From a virus (lineage: Duplodnaviria > Caudoviricetes): DNA of 64,000 nt. A program made the translations under genes and the position numbers. The stretch's first letter is position 1. The number at the start of each line of letters is the position of its first letter. Below the pieces are notes generated by a model. It did no database searches. It had not been told where the DNA came from and worked only from the letters and a program-made list of their open reading frames with translations. Location of the stretch: the IMG/VR virus record IMGVR_UViG_3300020048_000103, positions 1 to 64,000 of that record; one strand, given 5' to 3'. Below are positions 11,560 to 20,528 of the stretch, one piece after another.

Positions 11560-11560
11560 A

Positions 11561-12247
11561 TTATATATTATTTTGTCGTAAGACTTCTAATATTTTAGGA
11601 ATTTTAGGGTTTCTAACGCAATCATCATCGCTGAATTCTAATGTTTTAACTAATCCTGTTGGACCTAAAATATCTATCATAGTCTGAAGACTTGATTCTT
11701 GTTTCTTTTTTCTATCTACCTGTTCAGTATCTCCCAAAAAAATGTACTTACAGTTTTCTCCAATTCTAGTTATAATAGTTTTAAAAGTCTCATGACTTAT
11801 GTTTTGAGTTTCGTCAAATATTACTATTGAACTATCTATTGATAAACCTCTCATATAAGCTATGGGTAAAATTTCTAATAACCCTTTACTTAGTAAATCT
11901 TTTGAGGCATTTTTTCCACACATTTTATCTATGTTCCAAGTATAAGACATCATAAAAGGCTCCATTTTTTCTTCTAGGCCTCCTTTTAAAAATCCAATCT
12001 CTTCTCCTGGAATTGTGGTTACAGATTTTACTAAAATGATTTTAGTATAAACTTCTCCTAATAAATTTAATGCTGTAGCTAATGCCACATAACTTTTGCC
12101 AGAACCTGCAACTCCTTTTGCAATCACTATCTCATTATCTTCAATAAGTTCTTGAAGTTCTTTTTGTTTTGGAGTTTTGGGGAAAAAATTCTTTACTAGC
12201 TTTGCTTGTTTTTCTGGAAGCTTACTGTACTTTGACGCAGATTTCAT
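11561..12247 (-). CDS. phoH: PhoH-family ATPase
   Basis: GVAGSGKS Walker A, IAYMRGLS, DETQN, GDTEQVD. Confidence 0.92.
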   Translation of the reverse strand: MKSASKYSKLPEKQAKLVKNFFPKTPKQKELQELIEDNEIVIAKGVAGSGKSYVALATALNLLGEVYTKIILVKSVTTIPGEEIGFLKGGLEEKMEPFMMSYTWNIDKMCGKNASKDLLSKGLLEILPIAYMRGLSIDSSIVIFDETQNISHETFKTIITRIGENCKYIFLGDTEQVDRKKKQESSLQTMIDILGPTGLVKTLEFSDDDCVRNPKIPKILEVLRQNNI

Positions 12248-12274
12248 ATTACATTATTTAATTACACTTAATAT

Positions 12275-12508
12275 CTATAACTTTCCAAGATTTGGGAATA
12301 TATCTCCTAACAATTCCGGACTAAGTTTTTTTAAAGTATCTCTAATAAATTGTTTTGATGGATTACCTAGTTTAATCTGTATCTCTCTATAAGACAATCC
12401 TTCAGATCTTAAAATTACAATACGTTTTTCTAACTGTTGGTCTTTAGAAAGAATCTCTAAATTTTCTTCTATTATAATAACCAAACTTTCTGTTATATCT
12501 TTACACAT
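12275..12508 (-). CDS. Small HTH protein, 77 aa (start trimmed to ATG 12508)
   Basis: LRSEGLSYREIQIKLG; the longer track ORF runs across the tRNA. Confidence 0.65.
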   Translation of the reverse strand: MCKDITESLVIIIEENLEILSKDQQLEKRIVILRSEGLSYREIQIKLGNPSKQFIRDTLKKLSPELLGDIFPNLGKL

Positions 12509-12525
12509 ATATTTATAATATTTTG

Positions 12526-12597
12526 CACTCTCGGTAGGACTCGAACCCACACCAAACGGTTTTGAAGACCGTCGTGCTACCATTACACCACGAGAGT
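12526..12597 (-). tRNA. Opal suppressor tRNA-Trp, anticodon TCA
   Basis: ACTCTCG/CGAGAGT acceptor, GTGT/GCAC D stem, ACGGT-CTTCAAA-ACCGT anticodon arm, GTGGG-TTCGAGT-CCTAC T arm; A1-U72 and G73 as in bacterial tRNA-Trp. Confidence 0.95.
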
Positions 12598-12602
12598 ATA
12601 GT

Positions 12603-12821
12603 TTAAATACCTTCTTCTATGAAAGCATTAATGTCTTCTATTGTATTTCTTAAATTTTCATCGGTTATATCACATTTATGATACTTTCCTATAATATTAT
12701 ACAAAGGATTATTAAAAGCCTCCATCTCATCTTTTGAAAATCTAATAGTCCAGTTAAATTTTGTCCAGACTTCTTCATTCGATTCACTTTTGAATCCGTT
12801 TTCTCTTAATATATCTTTCAT
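12603..12821 (-). CDS. Hypothetical protein, 72 aa
   Basis: ATG 12821 just downstream of a promoter motif. Confidence 0.65.
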   Translation of the reverse strand: MKDILRENGFKSESNEEVWTKFNWTIRFSKDEMEAFNNPLYNIIGKYHKCDITDENLRNTIEDINAFIEEGI

Positions 12822-12845
12822 AGAACATTTCTTTTCTTTATGCTG

Positions 12846-12853
12846 CAAAGGTA
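12846..12853 (-). promoter_or_regulatory. Bacteroidota sigma70 -7 element (TACCTTTG) upstream of the unit containing the suppressor tRNA
   Basis: Matches TAnnTTTG, at the start of an AT-rich intergenic region. Confidence 0.65.
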
Positions 12854-13036
12854 GTATATTTTTTTATACAAAATTATAACATCTTAAAAGTATTAAAATT
12901 TTTGTATTAAAACATTGATTCCTTAATTATATTTTATTTTATTATTTTCTATCTATATTTTTTAGTAAGTGTATATATCTTCAAGTTTATTTTTTAATAA
13001 GTTAATACGTTGGTAAATTTATACCAAATATAATAT

Positions 13037-13044
13037 TATTTTTG
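13037..13044 (+). promoter_or_regulatory. Bacteroidota -7 element (TATTTTTG) for the GH16 gene
   Basis: TAnnTTTG ending 29 nt before ATG 13073. Confidence 0.5.
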
Positions 13045-13072
13045 CAAAATTAATCACTAAAATATTTTTACT

Positions 13073-13888
13073 ATGAATCCATTTCCAACAAACTATAAAG
13101 ATTTATCCACTAATCTTTATTTAAACTGTACATCTAAATTAAGATACATGCTTGACATTGTAGATGAAGGCCCTTTTAAAGTACCTGACAATTATAAACA
13201 AGTTTTCTCAGATAACTTTAGAATTTCTAAATTATCTAATTGGGAAGATGGATCAACTTGATGAGGTCAACCTTATCATCCAGGAAATATGATACAATGA
13301 TATGATTTATATCAAACTATTGTATCTCCGTATGGCGTAGAACTTCATTCTACTAGAAAACCAAGACATTTTGCAGAGATTGATACAATTATTCCTAATG
13401 CTACTGGTATAATAAGAACCAAACAAAGTTGAAGATTTGGTATATTTAAGTTCGTAGCTAAATTACCTAAAGGAACATACTTATGACCAGCTTTATGATT
13501 AACTGGAGATTCTAGTTGACCTCCAGAAATTGATATTTTAGAAGGATATTCTGATAATTCTACTGACTATAAGAAGGGAAAAATATTACAATCGAATGTA
13601 CATTCTAAATATGGGATAATGGACTTCCATATAGGAGGTAAGAATCATTATCTTCCTAATAAAGTTACTGAAGAATTTATAGAATACTCTTTATGATGAG
13701 AAAAAGACTTTATTAGAATTTATTATAATGGATACTTAGTAAGACAAATTACTGATCCTAAATTATTAGAAACTATATTAGGTAAACAAAAAATTGTTCT
13801 TAATAATGCTGTACAAAAAGGATTTAATAAGACTAATGAAACTCCTTTAATAGTTTCAGAAGTAGAAGTTTATCAATTAGTTGATTAA
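13073..13888 (+). CDS. Glycoside hydrolase family 16 (beta-glucanase/laminarinase-like), 271 aa, 9 TGA=Trp
   Basis: Catalytic signature L(W)PAL(W)LTGDSS(W)PPEIDILE; open to TAA 13886-13888; the track shows only the first 62 aa. Confidence 0.93.
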
Positions 13889-13890
13889 CT

Positions 13891-13924
13891 AAAAGCCATC
13901 TCAATAATATGAGGTGGCTTTTTT
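13891..13924. terminator. Bidirectional intrinsic terminator between convergent genes
   Basis: AAAAGCCATCTCA-ATAATA-TGAGGTGGCTTTTTT. Confidence 0.8.
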
Positions 13925-13938
13925 CGTTAATCAGAGTA

Positions 13939-14340
13939 TTATTGACTTGTATAGTTTTGATTTAAAGTTCCGGTTGTTTCTATATTCATTGTACCACTTG
14001 TAGTTATTACATTTGATCCATTTATTGTTCCACCAGTATTTGAATATCCTGTAGTATTATATGGAGGCTCTGCAGTGTTAGTATAAATTGGACTATTTAT
14101 ATATCTATAAGGAGATACATATCTATATGGATACTCATAATAATGATGATAGTGATGTTCTTTTATAATTTCTTTAATCACTTCCTTTTCCTTTTCTTTT
14201 TTCTTTGGCTCTTCTTTTGGATTTGATTTTATAACCCAGCCATCATCTGTATATAATTTAACTAATACTGAAAATTCTTCCATAGTAAGTTCCGATAAAA
14301 GTTCTATAGTCTTTTCTTTTACATTAACATTAATTACCAT
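13939..14340 (-). CDS. Hypothetical protein with low-complexity His/Tyr/Thr tail
   Basis: ORF track. Confidence 0.7.
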   Translation of the reverse strand: MVINVNVKEKTIELLSELTMEEFSVLVKLYTDDGWVIKSNPKEEPKKKEKEKEVIKEIIKEHHYHHYYEYPYRYVSPYRYINSPIYTNTAEPPYNTTGYSNTGGTINGSNVITTSGTMNIETTGTLNQNYTSQ

Positions 14341-14605
14341 TTTTATACTCCTCTATTATTTTTATTAATTTTTCTTTCTGATATAAACCTACCAATCTTT
14401 TAGGAAATTTACCTTTCATAGTAAGTACTAAAGTTGGTATATTCCTTATTTGGTAATCTCTAATTAAATCTTCATGATTATTATCATCTATATTTACCTT
14501 TTGAATATGAACATATTCTAATTCCTTTTCAATACTTTCAAGTATTGGAGTAAGTTGTTTACAAGGTGAGCACCAATCTGCATAAAAATCTAATATTGTA
14601 ATCAT
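14330..14605 (-). CDS. trxA: Thioredoxin
   Basis: DFYADWCSPCK and IRNIPTL. Confidence 0.92.
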   Translation of the reverse strand: MITILDFYADWCSPCKQLTPILESIEKELEYVHIQKVNIDDNNHEDLIRDYQIRNIPTLVLTMKGKFPKRLVGLYQKEKLIKIIEEYKNGN

Positions 14606-14970
14606 TAATTTTGTCCTATTTTAAATTTTTCTGAATCATTTGGTCTTGCAGTAGTAAAGTCTGTATGAATTAATACTTCTGAAAAGAATTTATCATTTAG
14701 ATCTTCTAAAAATGTACTATTAATATCATAAAAATATTGTGGATCTACCTCAGCATTAAGTACAAATATTACTGAAGTAATTTTAGTATCTACATAATAT
14801 AAAACATATTTTAATGTTACTACTAAAAGTTCTTTCTCTTCATCATAAGAAACTTTTTTATCCACTCCTACTAAATTATTAATATTACTTTTTACAAATA
14901 AATAATTTATCATTTTAAGTAAATGATTAACTTCTGAAGAAATTTCTATATCCATTCTATTGCCCTGCAA
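14605..14970 (-). CDS. Hypothetical protein
   Basis: ORF track; overlapping start/stop. Confidence 0.7.
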   Translation of the reverse strand: MQGNRMDIEISSEVNHLLKMINYLFVKSNINNLVGVDKKVSYDEEKELLVVTLKYVLYYVDTKITSVIFVLNAEVDPQYFYDINSTFLEDLNDKFFSEVLIHTDFTTARPNDSEKFKIGQN

Positions 14971-15151
14971 GTTTTTTTAAATTAAATTTCTTTACTTTTT
15001 TATTATCTATTTCTACAATCTCTAGAAATCCTTTTTCTATTAAAGAAGCATGATACTTCTTTATTGTCTTAACAGCCATACCTAAATACTTAGCTTCCTC
15101 TTCATCGCTAAGAAATACATAACCAAATTCGGCATTTTTTAAATCGTCCAT
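14957..15151 (-). CDS. Small winged-HTH protein
   Basis: AKYLGMAVKTIKKYHASLIEKGFL. Confidence 0.65.
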   Translation of the reverse strand: MDDLKNAEFGYVFLSDEEEAKYLGMAVKTIKKYHASLIEKGFLEIVEIDNKKVKKFNLKKLAGQ

Positions 15152-15876
15152 TATAAAGTTATTTCTGATTGGTTATTAAGCTTATCTACTTCATCTCTTA
15201 GCCTTTTAATCTCATTCATCATAATTTTCATATCTTTATTAGTTGAACTTGTAACTTGTTTTAATGTATTAATATCATCTTCATGTTGTTGTAGCTTCCA
15301 TATAATAGCTTGCCCTAATTCATCTAAGTGAAATATCTTTTCATTAATTTGGATTCCTGTAGGAGAATCTTTTGCGGCGGTTTTAACAATAGTTAAGAAG
15401 CCTTTATCTTCCAAAGATTTATGATGCTTAACTATTGAAGCATATGACATATTTATTTTCTTAGAAAGTTCTAAATCTGTATAACTAATTTTTCCAAATC
15501 CTTCAGTATCTTTAAACATATGCTGTTGTTCCGCTATTATAAGTGATTTCTCTTCAGTAGAAATATCTGTTCTATTTAAAAAATCATAACTAAATGGTTC
15601 AAAGTTCTTATATTTACTAAATGTATATAGATTACTTCTTTTATACTTCCCAATTTTTAAGTAACCAGCTTCTTGTAACTTCAATATTCCCTTTAATACA
15701 GTTGGTTTTGATACACCAGATTTTTTAACTATGGTTGTTATCGCTGGAAAACAGGATAATGTTTCTTTATTCATAAAACTTTTTATGGTAACATAAATTA
15801 ACAAGTCTTTTGGAGTAATATCATCTTTAGATGTCATATTATTAGGAAGTTGTACGTGCTGTTTACTAATTTCCAT
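15151..15876 (-). CDS. Tandem winged-HTH protein (replication-initiator/regulator-like)
   Basis: CFPAITTIVKKSGVSKPTVLKGILKLQEAGYL plus a second HTH (SYTDLELSKKINMSYASIVK); C-terminal coiled coil. Confidence 0.65.
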   Translation of the reverse strand: MEISKQHVQLPNNMTSKDDITPKDLLIYVTIKSFMNKETLSCFPAITTIVKKSGVSKPTVLKGILKLQEAGYLKIGKYKRSNLYTFSKYKNFEPFSYDFLNRTDISTEEKSLIIAEQQHMFKDTEGFGKISYTDLELSKKINMSYASIVKHHKSLEDKGFLTIVKTAAKDSPTGIQINEKIFHLDELGQAIIWKLQQHEDDINTLKQVTSSTNKDMKIMMNEIKRLRDEVDKLNNQSEITL

Positions 15877-16442
15877 TTTTAGATTATTAAATTTTATAGT
15901 ACAAAGGTAAAGAATATTTTTGACATATTTTACCTTACTAAAAAAATATATAAAAAGTGAAATTGTGAAGCAGTTCCCATATTGAATTTTTTAAGAATGG
16001 CGAATACCCTATAAAAATTTCCTTGTAGTAGTTATCACATTCGACCCATTTCAAATTTTTACCTATAAATTCAAAATGTTTACCACGTTTTTCTAAAAAT
16101 GTACCTCTAACTATACTTAATACTATACATACTAAAACTATAATTAATCCCTTTGCTCTTTTTCCTTTGGCTTGGAGAGTTGTAATTTTTGAGTAATAAA
16201 CCTTTAGAGTTACTTAAAAAAATTTTTTTATAATTTTTAATTTTTGAAATCGGATATTGGGTTTTAAAAAATTATTGGGAAAAGTTTTTTCAGTTAATAT
16301 GGTAAAATTGTAGTACGGGTAAAAAATTTTTTTATTTTTATTTTGAAAAAACAGAGCCTGTTTATAAATTTACCCCCAGCCTTTTTGGGCGGGGAAGCAC
16401 GGTGCTTTTCTGTACTACAAACAATTTTATAAAAATAATACT
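15877..16442. other. Non-coding divergence point of the two transcription arms; candidate origin or genome end
   Basis: 566 nt with no ORF; strand switch; repeated TTTACC/GGTAAA; imperfect direct repeat near 16214 and 16320. Confidence 0.5.
15902..15909 (-). promoter_or_regulatory. Bacteroidota -7 element (TACCTTTG) heading the left arm
   Basis: TAnnTTTG 26 nt upstream of ATG 15876. Confidence 0.65.
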
Positions 16443-16976
16443 ATGGAACGTAACGAACAATTGTACGCTACCGTTTTAGCTGAAGCGAAGGCAGCAGGCA
16501 TTAAAGACACCAAATTGGATATGGCATTCAAAGGTTCAGGATATAAACTTCCTGAAGTTGGAACATTTCTGAAGCATTCAATTGAGGAGTATGACAAGAA
16601 GAAATTTCTTGTATTAATCTCAGTTGACAATGCAGGTGTTGAAAATGGTAAAGTGGCACTTGGCAACATTTGCGCCACAGCCCACGAAGGTAAAAGAGAA
16701 GATGCTGAATTTTCTTGTCAAACTTCCGATGAAACCAAAGACAGTTATAACTGTTGGTTCTTGTCGGGCAAAGCAGTTAATCCCGAATTAAGCCAAGACC
16801 AAGCAGAAAGTGTAGCAATGCTTGTCGGTAAAAAGTTTATGGCAAAACGTTCTGACAGGTTTGTACTACCTGTAAAACAGAATAAGGAAAAAACAGCCTA
16901 TCTTTTTAACAAATCGGAAGATGATGCTCGCAAAGCATTGAGAACAAAAGGCTTTTACCGCTTAACAATTTTGTAA
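16443..16976 (+). CDS. First right-arm (early) hypothetical protein, 177 aa
   Basis: ORF track; A-rich leader. Confidence 0.75.
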   Translation: MERNEQLYATVLAEAKAAGIKDTKLDMAFKGSGYKLPEVGTFLKHSIEEYDKKKFLVLISVDNAGVENGKVALGNICATAHEGKREDAEFSCQTSDETKDSYNCWFLSGKAVNPELSQDQAESVAMLVGKKFMAKRSDRFVLPVKQNKEKTAYLFNKSEDDARKALRTKGFYRLTIL

Positions 16977-16983
16977 AAAAAAT

Positions 16984-17019
16984 CAAACAGCCCGACACAT
17001 TCGTGTGTTGGGTTGTTTG
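16984..17019 (+). terminator. 16-bp hairpin with TTCG tetraloop (terminator or processing site)
   Basis: CAAACAGCCCGACACA-TTCG-TGTGTTGGGTTGTTTG; no U-tract. Confidence 0.55.
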
Positions 17020-17033
17020 GCTTTGCCAATTAG

Positions 17034-17041
17034 TATATTTG
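17034..17041 (+). promoter_or_regulatory. Bacteroidota -7 element (TATATTTG)
   Basis: Consensus match upstream of ATG 17099. Confidence 0.45.
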
Positions 17042-17098
17042 CCCAAGAGAACACTAGCACAAAAGCGCACGAAAACACCAATAGTAAGCACAAATTAT

Positions 17099-17311
17099 AT
17101 GGAAACACATAAAGTTGTATATGGAATGTTTGAAGATGATGCCATAACTTTAGAAGGTAAAAAAGTAATAGAATGCACAACATATGCAGCTGTTTCAGAT
17201 ATTATCACAGGAGTTTATGGATTTCACCAATTAGTATATTCAGACTCTATAGAATGTTATATAATAACTAATTTTGTAGAGCATCCATTGGAGCAATTTA
17301 AGGCTCTCTAA
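17099..17311 (+). CDS. Early hypothetical protein, 70 aa
   Basis: Start trimmed from the track ORF. Confidence 0.65.
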   Translation: METHKVVYGMFEDDAITLEGKKVIECTTYAAVSDIITGVYGFHQLVYSDSIECYIITNFVEHPLEQFKAL

Positions 17312-17772
17312 TATCTATATTTGAAATAGAATATAATTCCCTCGTAAGGAGTATTAGATCACAGATATATATTTATCAATTTATTTCTTAATCCGCATAA
17401 ACATGGAAAAATACCGTAACCATTGTTTAGATTATTAAATGCACATTCAAAGATAGCGTTATTACCAAGGAAGGTATGGACGAAGTAGAATGCGTGCATA
17501 TTTAAAATATATTTAATATATATATTGAAGAAGCTGAGGCAAGTTCTTCCTCTCCCACACTCAGCAAAATTTTCAACTTTACATCTCTGACTCTGAAAAC
17601 TCGAAAAATACACTATATATAACTGAATCTTTTTTCACCTTATATAAATTGTATTAACTGAGATACTCTTCAATCATGTATTTTTATTGAGTGCATAACA
17701 GGTAATGCTGTTAGGTCTACTTAGGTAGGTTTAGGTCTATACGATGCTTCAAACTCAAAAAAATATACTGAT

Positions 17773-18108
17773 ATGCAAATTATCGTTAGTAAAACAGTAG
17801 GAGTTGACTGCTCCAATCTTCCTAAGGAAGAGAATAATTCTAAGGTGTCCAAGGGATATAGTACTATGCACCCTGTACAATCACCTATTATGGCAAGTTC
17901 AGATTTGGTAATTGATTGGTTTAATACTAACAAATATTATCAAGATCTTTTCAAGTCTACTGGTCATGTGTGTATTTACGTACATTACATTGCCAATGAA
18001 GAGCATGTTTTTGATACTGGTTATAAAGCTTCGGAAGGTGAGATTCTTTCCACTGATGAGGCTTATGGCTGGGACTGGAAAAACAATAAATGGGTACCTT
18101 GGTCATGA
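17773..18108 (+). CDS. Early hypothetical protein (TGA stop in ATGA overlap)
   Basis: ORF track. Confidence 0.7.
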   Translation: MQIIVSKTVGVDCSNLPKEENNSKVSKGYSTMHPVQSPIMASSDLVIDWFNTNKYYQDLFKSTGHVCIYVHYIANEEHVFDTGYKASEGEILSTDEAYGWDWKNNKWVPWS

Positions 18109-18305
18109 AAGAATTAAGTCAGGAACAGATAGATGTCGCAAGAGACATTATTGTTCAAGCAATGGTTGCTCTTGGAGTTGACTCCGAGTTAGGTATTAAA
18201 TTGGATTGGGTAAGTACATTACTGCTCGAAAGTTCCGACATAAAGATCCTTCAAGAAGATGTAAGGCCAACAGGACTTTACATTGGGAAGAATCCTAATG
18301 CATAA
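18105..18305 (+). CDS. Early hypothetical protein
   Basis: ATGA overlap. Confidence 0.65.
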   Translation: MKELSQEQIDVARDIIVQAMVALGVDSELGIKLDWVSTLLLESSDIKILQEDVRPTGLYIGKNPNA

Positions 18306-18486
18306 CGTATATACTAGGTGAGCTTGGGACTATAAGTTTCAGGCTCACTTAGTTTTAATATTCCTTAAACGTTCGGGAATTCAAACTAAGAAGAATAGGA
18401 GTGCTAGTATTCTATTTGAAATAATATAAAAGCTCAAACTCACCTGCTCTGACCCATTAGCAGGAAAATATGAAAGGTCATAAAAA

Positions 18487-18981
18487 ATGGACACACCCAA
18501 ACTCAACAACATTAACTTGGACAATATTGAAATAATAGGCCAAGAAAGAGATTCTCAACATGTAAGAGTTTCTTTATTTCGGACTGGATCGATAAGGTTT
18601 AGTTCGTTTGCTATGCTTCAGTTTTCTGAAGGAGCTGAACTAATGCCGGAAATAACGAATGAGCAAACAAATAAGTTTGTTCTTACTTCGGTGTTTAAAA
18701 CATACGTAAAAATCAATAATCATCTTCGTAAAATGCTTTTACAGCATCAAACCGCCTGTCAAATGGATTGGACTCGCGAAGAGGTTTTGGTTCTAAAAAA
18801 CTGGTTGAAATTGAGGATGGAGCATTGTGAAAGAGAACGCGATGAGCGTTCAGAGAAGTTTAACCCAGACGCATACATTGCAATGCGGTATCTAATGTTA
18901 GAGCTCAAGGAGCTCCTAATGGGGGATATCGTTGACTACGATCGTTTTGAAGATACTCCTAGAGCAGGAGGAAAATCTTAA
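18487..18981 (+). CDS. Early hypothetical protein, 164 aa
   Basis: ORF track. Confidence 0.7.
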   Translation: MDTPKLNNINLDNIEIIGQERDSQHVRVSLFRTGSIRFSSFAMLQFSEGAELMPEITNEQTNKFVLTSVFKTYVKINNHLRKMLLQHQTACQMDWTREEVLVLKNWLKLRMEHCERERDERSEKFNPDAYIAMRYLMLELKELLMGDIVDYDRFEDTPRAGGKS

Positions 18982-19097
18982 AAAATCTTGAGTTTCCCAA
19001 TACCCAATTATTGGTGAGGGAGACTTTTATATTTTATGATTTGTTAAGCATCAACTCTCCATTATAACAAGGATTGTTTAACTTAAATTATATAAAT

Positions 19098-19415
19098 ATG
19101 ACAGTATTTAATTTCACACCTCATGCTATTCACATTTGTGATGGTGATGGGGCAGTTCAGCGGACAATTGAACCATCAGGTTTGGTCCGTTTAAAGGCAA
19201 CTACCGTCGTTGCAGGACAGATAGACGGAATTCCAGTAACTGCTACTGAGTTTGGACAATCGGAAGGTTTACCCGAATTTCAAGCTGGCACGTACTACAT
19301 AGTATCGCAACTGGTCAAGAGTGCGCTAGCATTCCGCACAGATCTCCTTGTCCCTGCTGAAGTAGTAAGGGATTCACAGGGAATGATCGTTGGGTGCAAA
19401 TCACTCGGGATTTAA
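19098..19415 (+). CDS. Conserved phage hypothetical protein (NxTPH...PSG...GLPE...YIVS...DLLVP...VRD family)
   Basis: Recognisable motif string of a widespread small phage protein of unknown function. Confidence 0.7.
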   Translation: MTVFNFTPHAIHICDGDGAVQRTIEPSGLVRLKATTVVAGQIDGIPVTATEFGQSEGLPEFQAGTYYIVSQLVKSALAFRTDLLVPAEVVRDSQGMIVGCKSLGI

Positions 19416-19494
19416 TCTACCGCAAGCTCTAAGGCGCATACTGAGCATACTTTTTAAATTAGTGCAAAATAATTAATTTTTAATCCGCAGTAAA

Positions 19495-19818
19495 ATGAAA
19501 TATACGATGGTATTTATGACTAGAGATGGAAAGATTCTTCCATTCTCAGACGGCAAAGAACGTCGTCCATTTGATGCCCAAGAATTGTTACTACGATTTT
19601 TGGTGCATTTCGTGGAGGATGTCGACTGCTATATTGTATCCATTATCATAGAAGGCAAACAAAAAAGACATTTTGTTGCCATGAATGATAAAGGAAGGGT
19701 GGGCATGTGCGATGCAGACACGAAACAAGTTTACTCACCTAAAGAATTCATGGCAGAGTTAAGGTCTTTGAATAGACCTGAGCATCTTAAAGAGTTCTTT
19801 CAAGTATGTAAAAATTAA
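19495..19818 (+). CDS. Early hypothetical protein
   Basis: ORF track. Confidence 0.7.
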   Translation: MKYTMVFMTRDGKILPFSDGKERRPFDAQELLLRFLVHFVEDVDCYIVSIIIEGKQKRHFVAMNDKGRVGMCDADTKQVYSPKEFMAELRSLNRPEHLKEFFQVCKN

Positions 19819-19913
19819 TGGCATACACATTATTCATTCCTGTTGTAACAATACTGATAATTGGTATTGTTGTAACAGTACAAGCGCTGAAGGAGTTCAT
19901 TAAGAACTTTTAA
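19818..19913 (+). CDS. 31-aa single-pass membrane peptide
   Basis: MAYTLFIPVVTILIIGIVVTVQALKEFIKNF; TAATG coupling. Confidence 0.55.
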   Translation: MAYTLFIPVVTILIIGIVVTVQALKEFIKNF

Positions 19914-20128
19914 AATACCCCAGTGTGAGTGCCTAAGAGGGGTCTTTAGGCATGATTCCAAGGATAGCTGCATTTAAGTAGCAGTACACACATACCTTTG
20001 TATGTACTTGGAGTAACCGCGAAGTGGAAATAAGGGAGGGGAATTTCCTGTAAGAGAGTACTCTTGAGGCTTTGGCCCTTCCCATCTTATTCAATTCAGT
20101 CAGCTTTTCATAAACTCAAAACAATATT

Positions 20129-20335
20129 ATGTTACACAAATTATTTGAAGCAGTAGATGTAGAGGTTAAGACAACCTTTGGCATTTTAAAAATTCGATTT
20201 ACAGTAATTGACATATTGCCAAATTATCATTACGCTTTAATAGCACAAAATAAAATAGTGGTAGGTCAAGAGAAATGTGACGGGTCTTGGGTCTTATCGG
20301 ATCCAATTGATTTGTTATGTATCAAGCCCCAATAG
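20129..20335 (+). CDS. Early hypothetical protein, paralog of 21915..22130
   Basis: Collinear similarity (LF..V...T.FG.L.I.F.V.D.L....YA.I.Q...IDLL). Confidence 0.75.
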   Translation: MLHKLFEAVDVEVKTTFGILKIRFTVIDILPNYHYALIAQNKIVVGQEKCDGSWVLSDPIDLLCIKPQ

Positions 20336-20336
20336 T

Positions 20337-20528
20337 ATGAACTATCTTTATGCTCAGCCAGACAGATACGAAAGGATCCCAGATCCTTTTGCAAGATCTA
20401 TCATTAAAGCAAGGATTTGTTTCAGAATATTAAACAACTATCTTGATAAAAAAGAACTGACTACTATTATGGAAGATAAGAATTTCTTGTTTATCCATAA
20501 TAACATAATCTACTTTGCCGCAGCCTAA
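20337..20528 (+). CDS. Early hypothetical protein, 63 aa
   Basis: ATG 2 nt after the previous stop. Confidence 0.6.
   Translation: MNYLYAQPDRYERIPDPFARSIIKARICFRILNNYLDKKELTTIMEDKNFLFIHNNIIYFAAA

Noticed and set aside
12509-12583. N-terminal extension MVARRSSKPFGVGSSPTES of ORF 12275..12583
   Set aside because: It is a translation of the suppressor tRNA sequence
12526-12597. tRNA-Sec / selenocysteine recoding
   Set aside because: 72-nt class I cloverleaf with a 7-bp acceptor and no long variable arm; the TGAs align with Trp, not Cys
2448-13888. TGA-interrupted genes as pseudogenes or sequencing errors
   Set aside because: Only TGA interrupts the frames, never TAA, TAG or frameshifts; the TGAs sit at conserved Trp positions; a matching tRNA is present
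17403-17505. Decayed gene fragment (…TVTIV*IIKCTFKDSV…)
   Set aside because: Needs a frameshift plus TAG read-through; too weak to call
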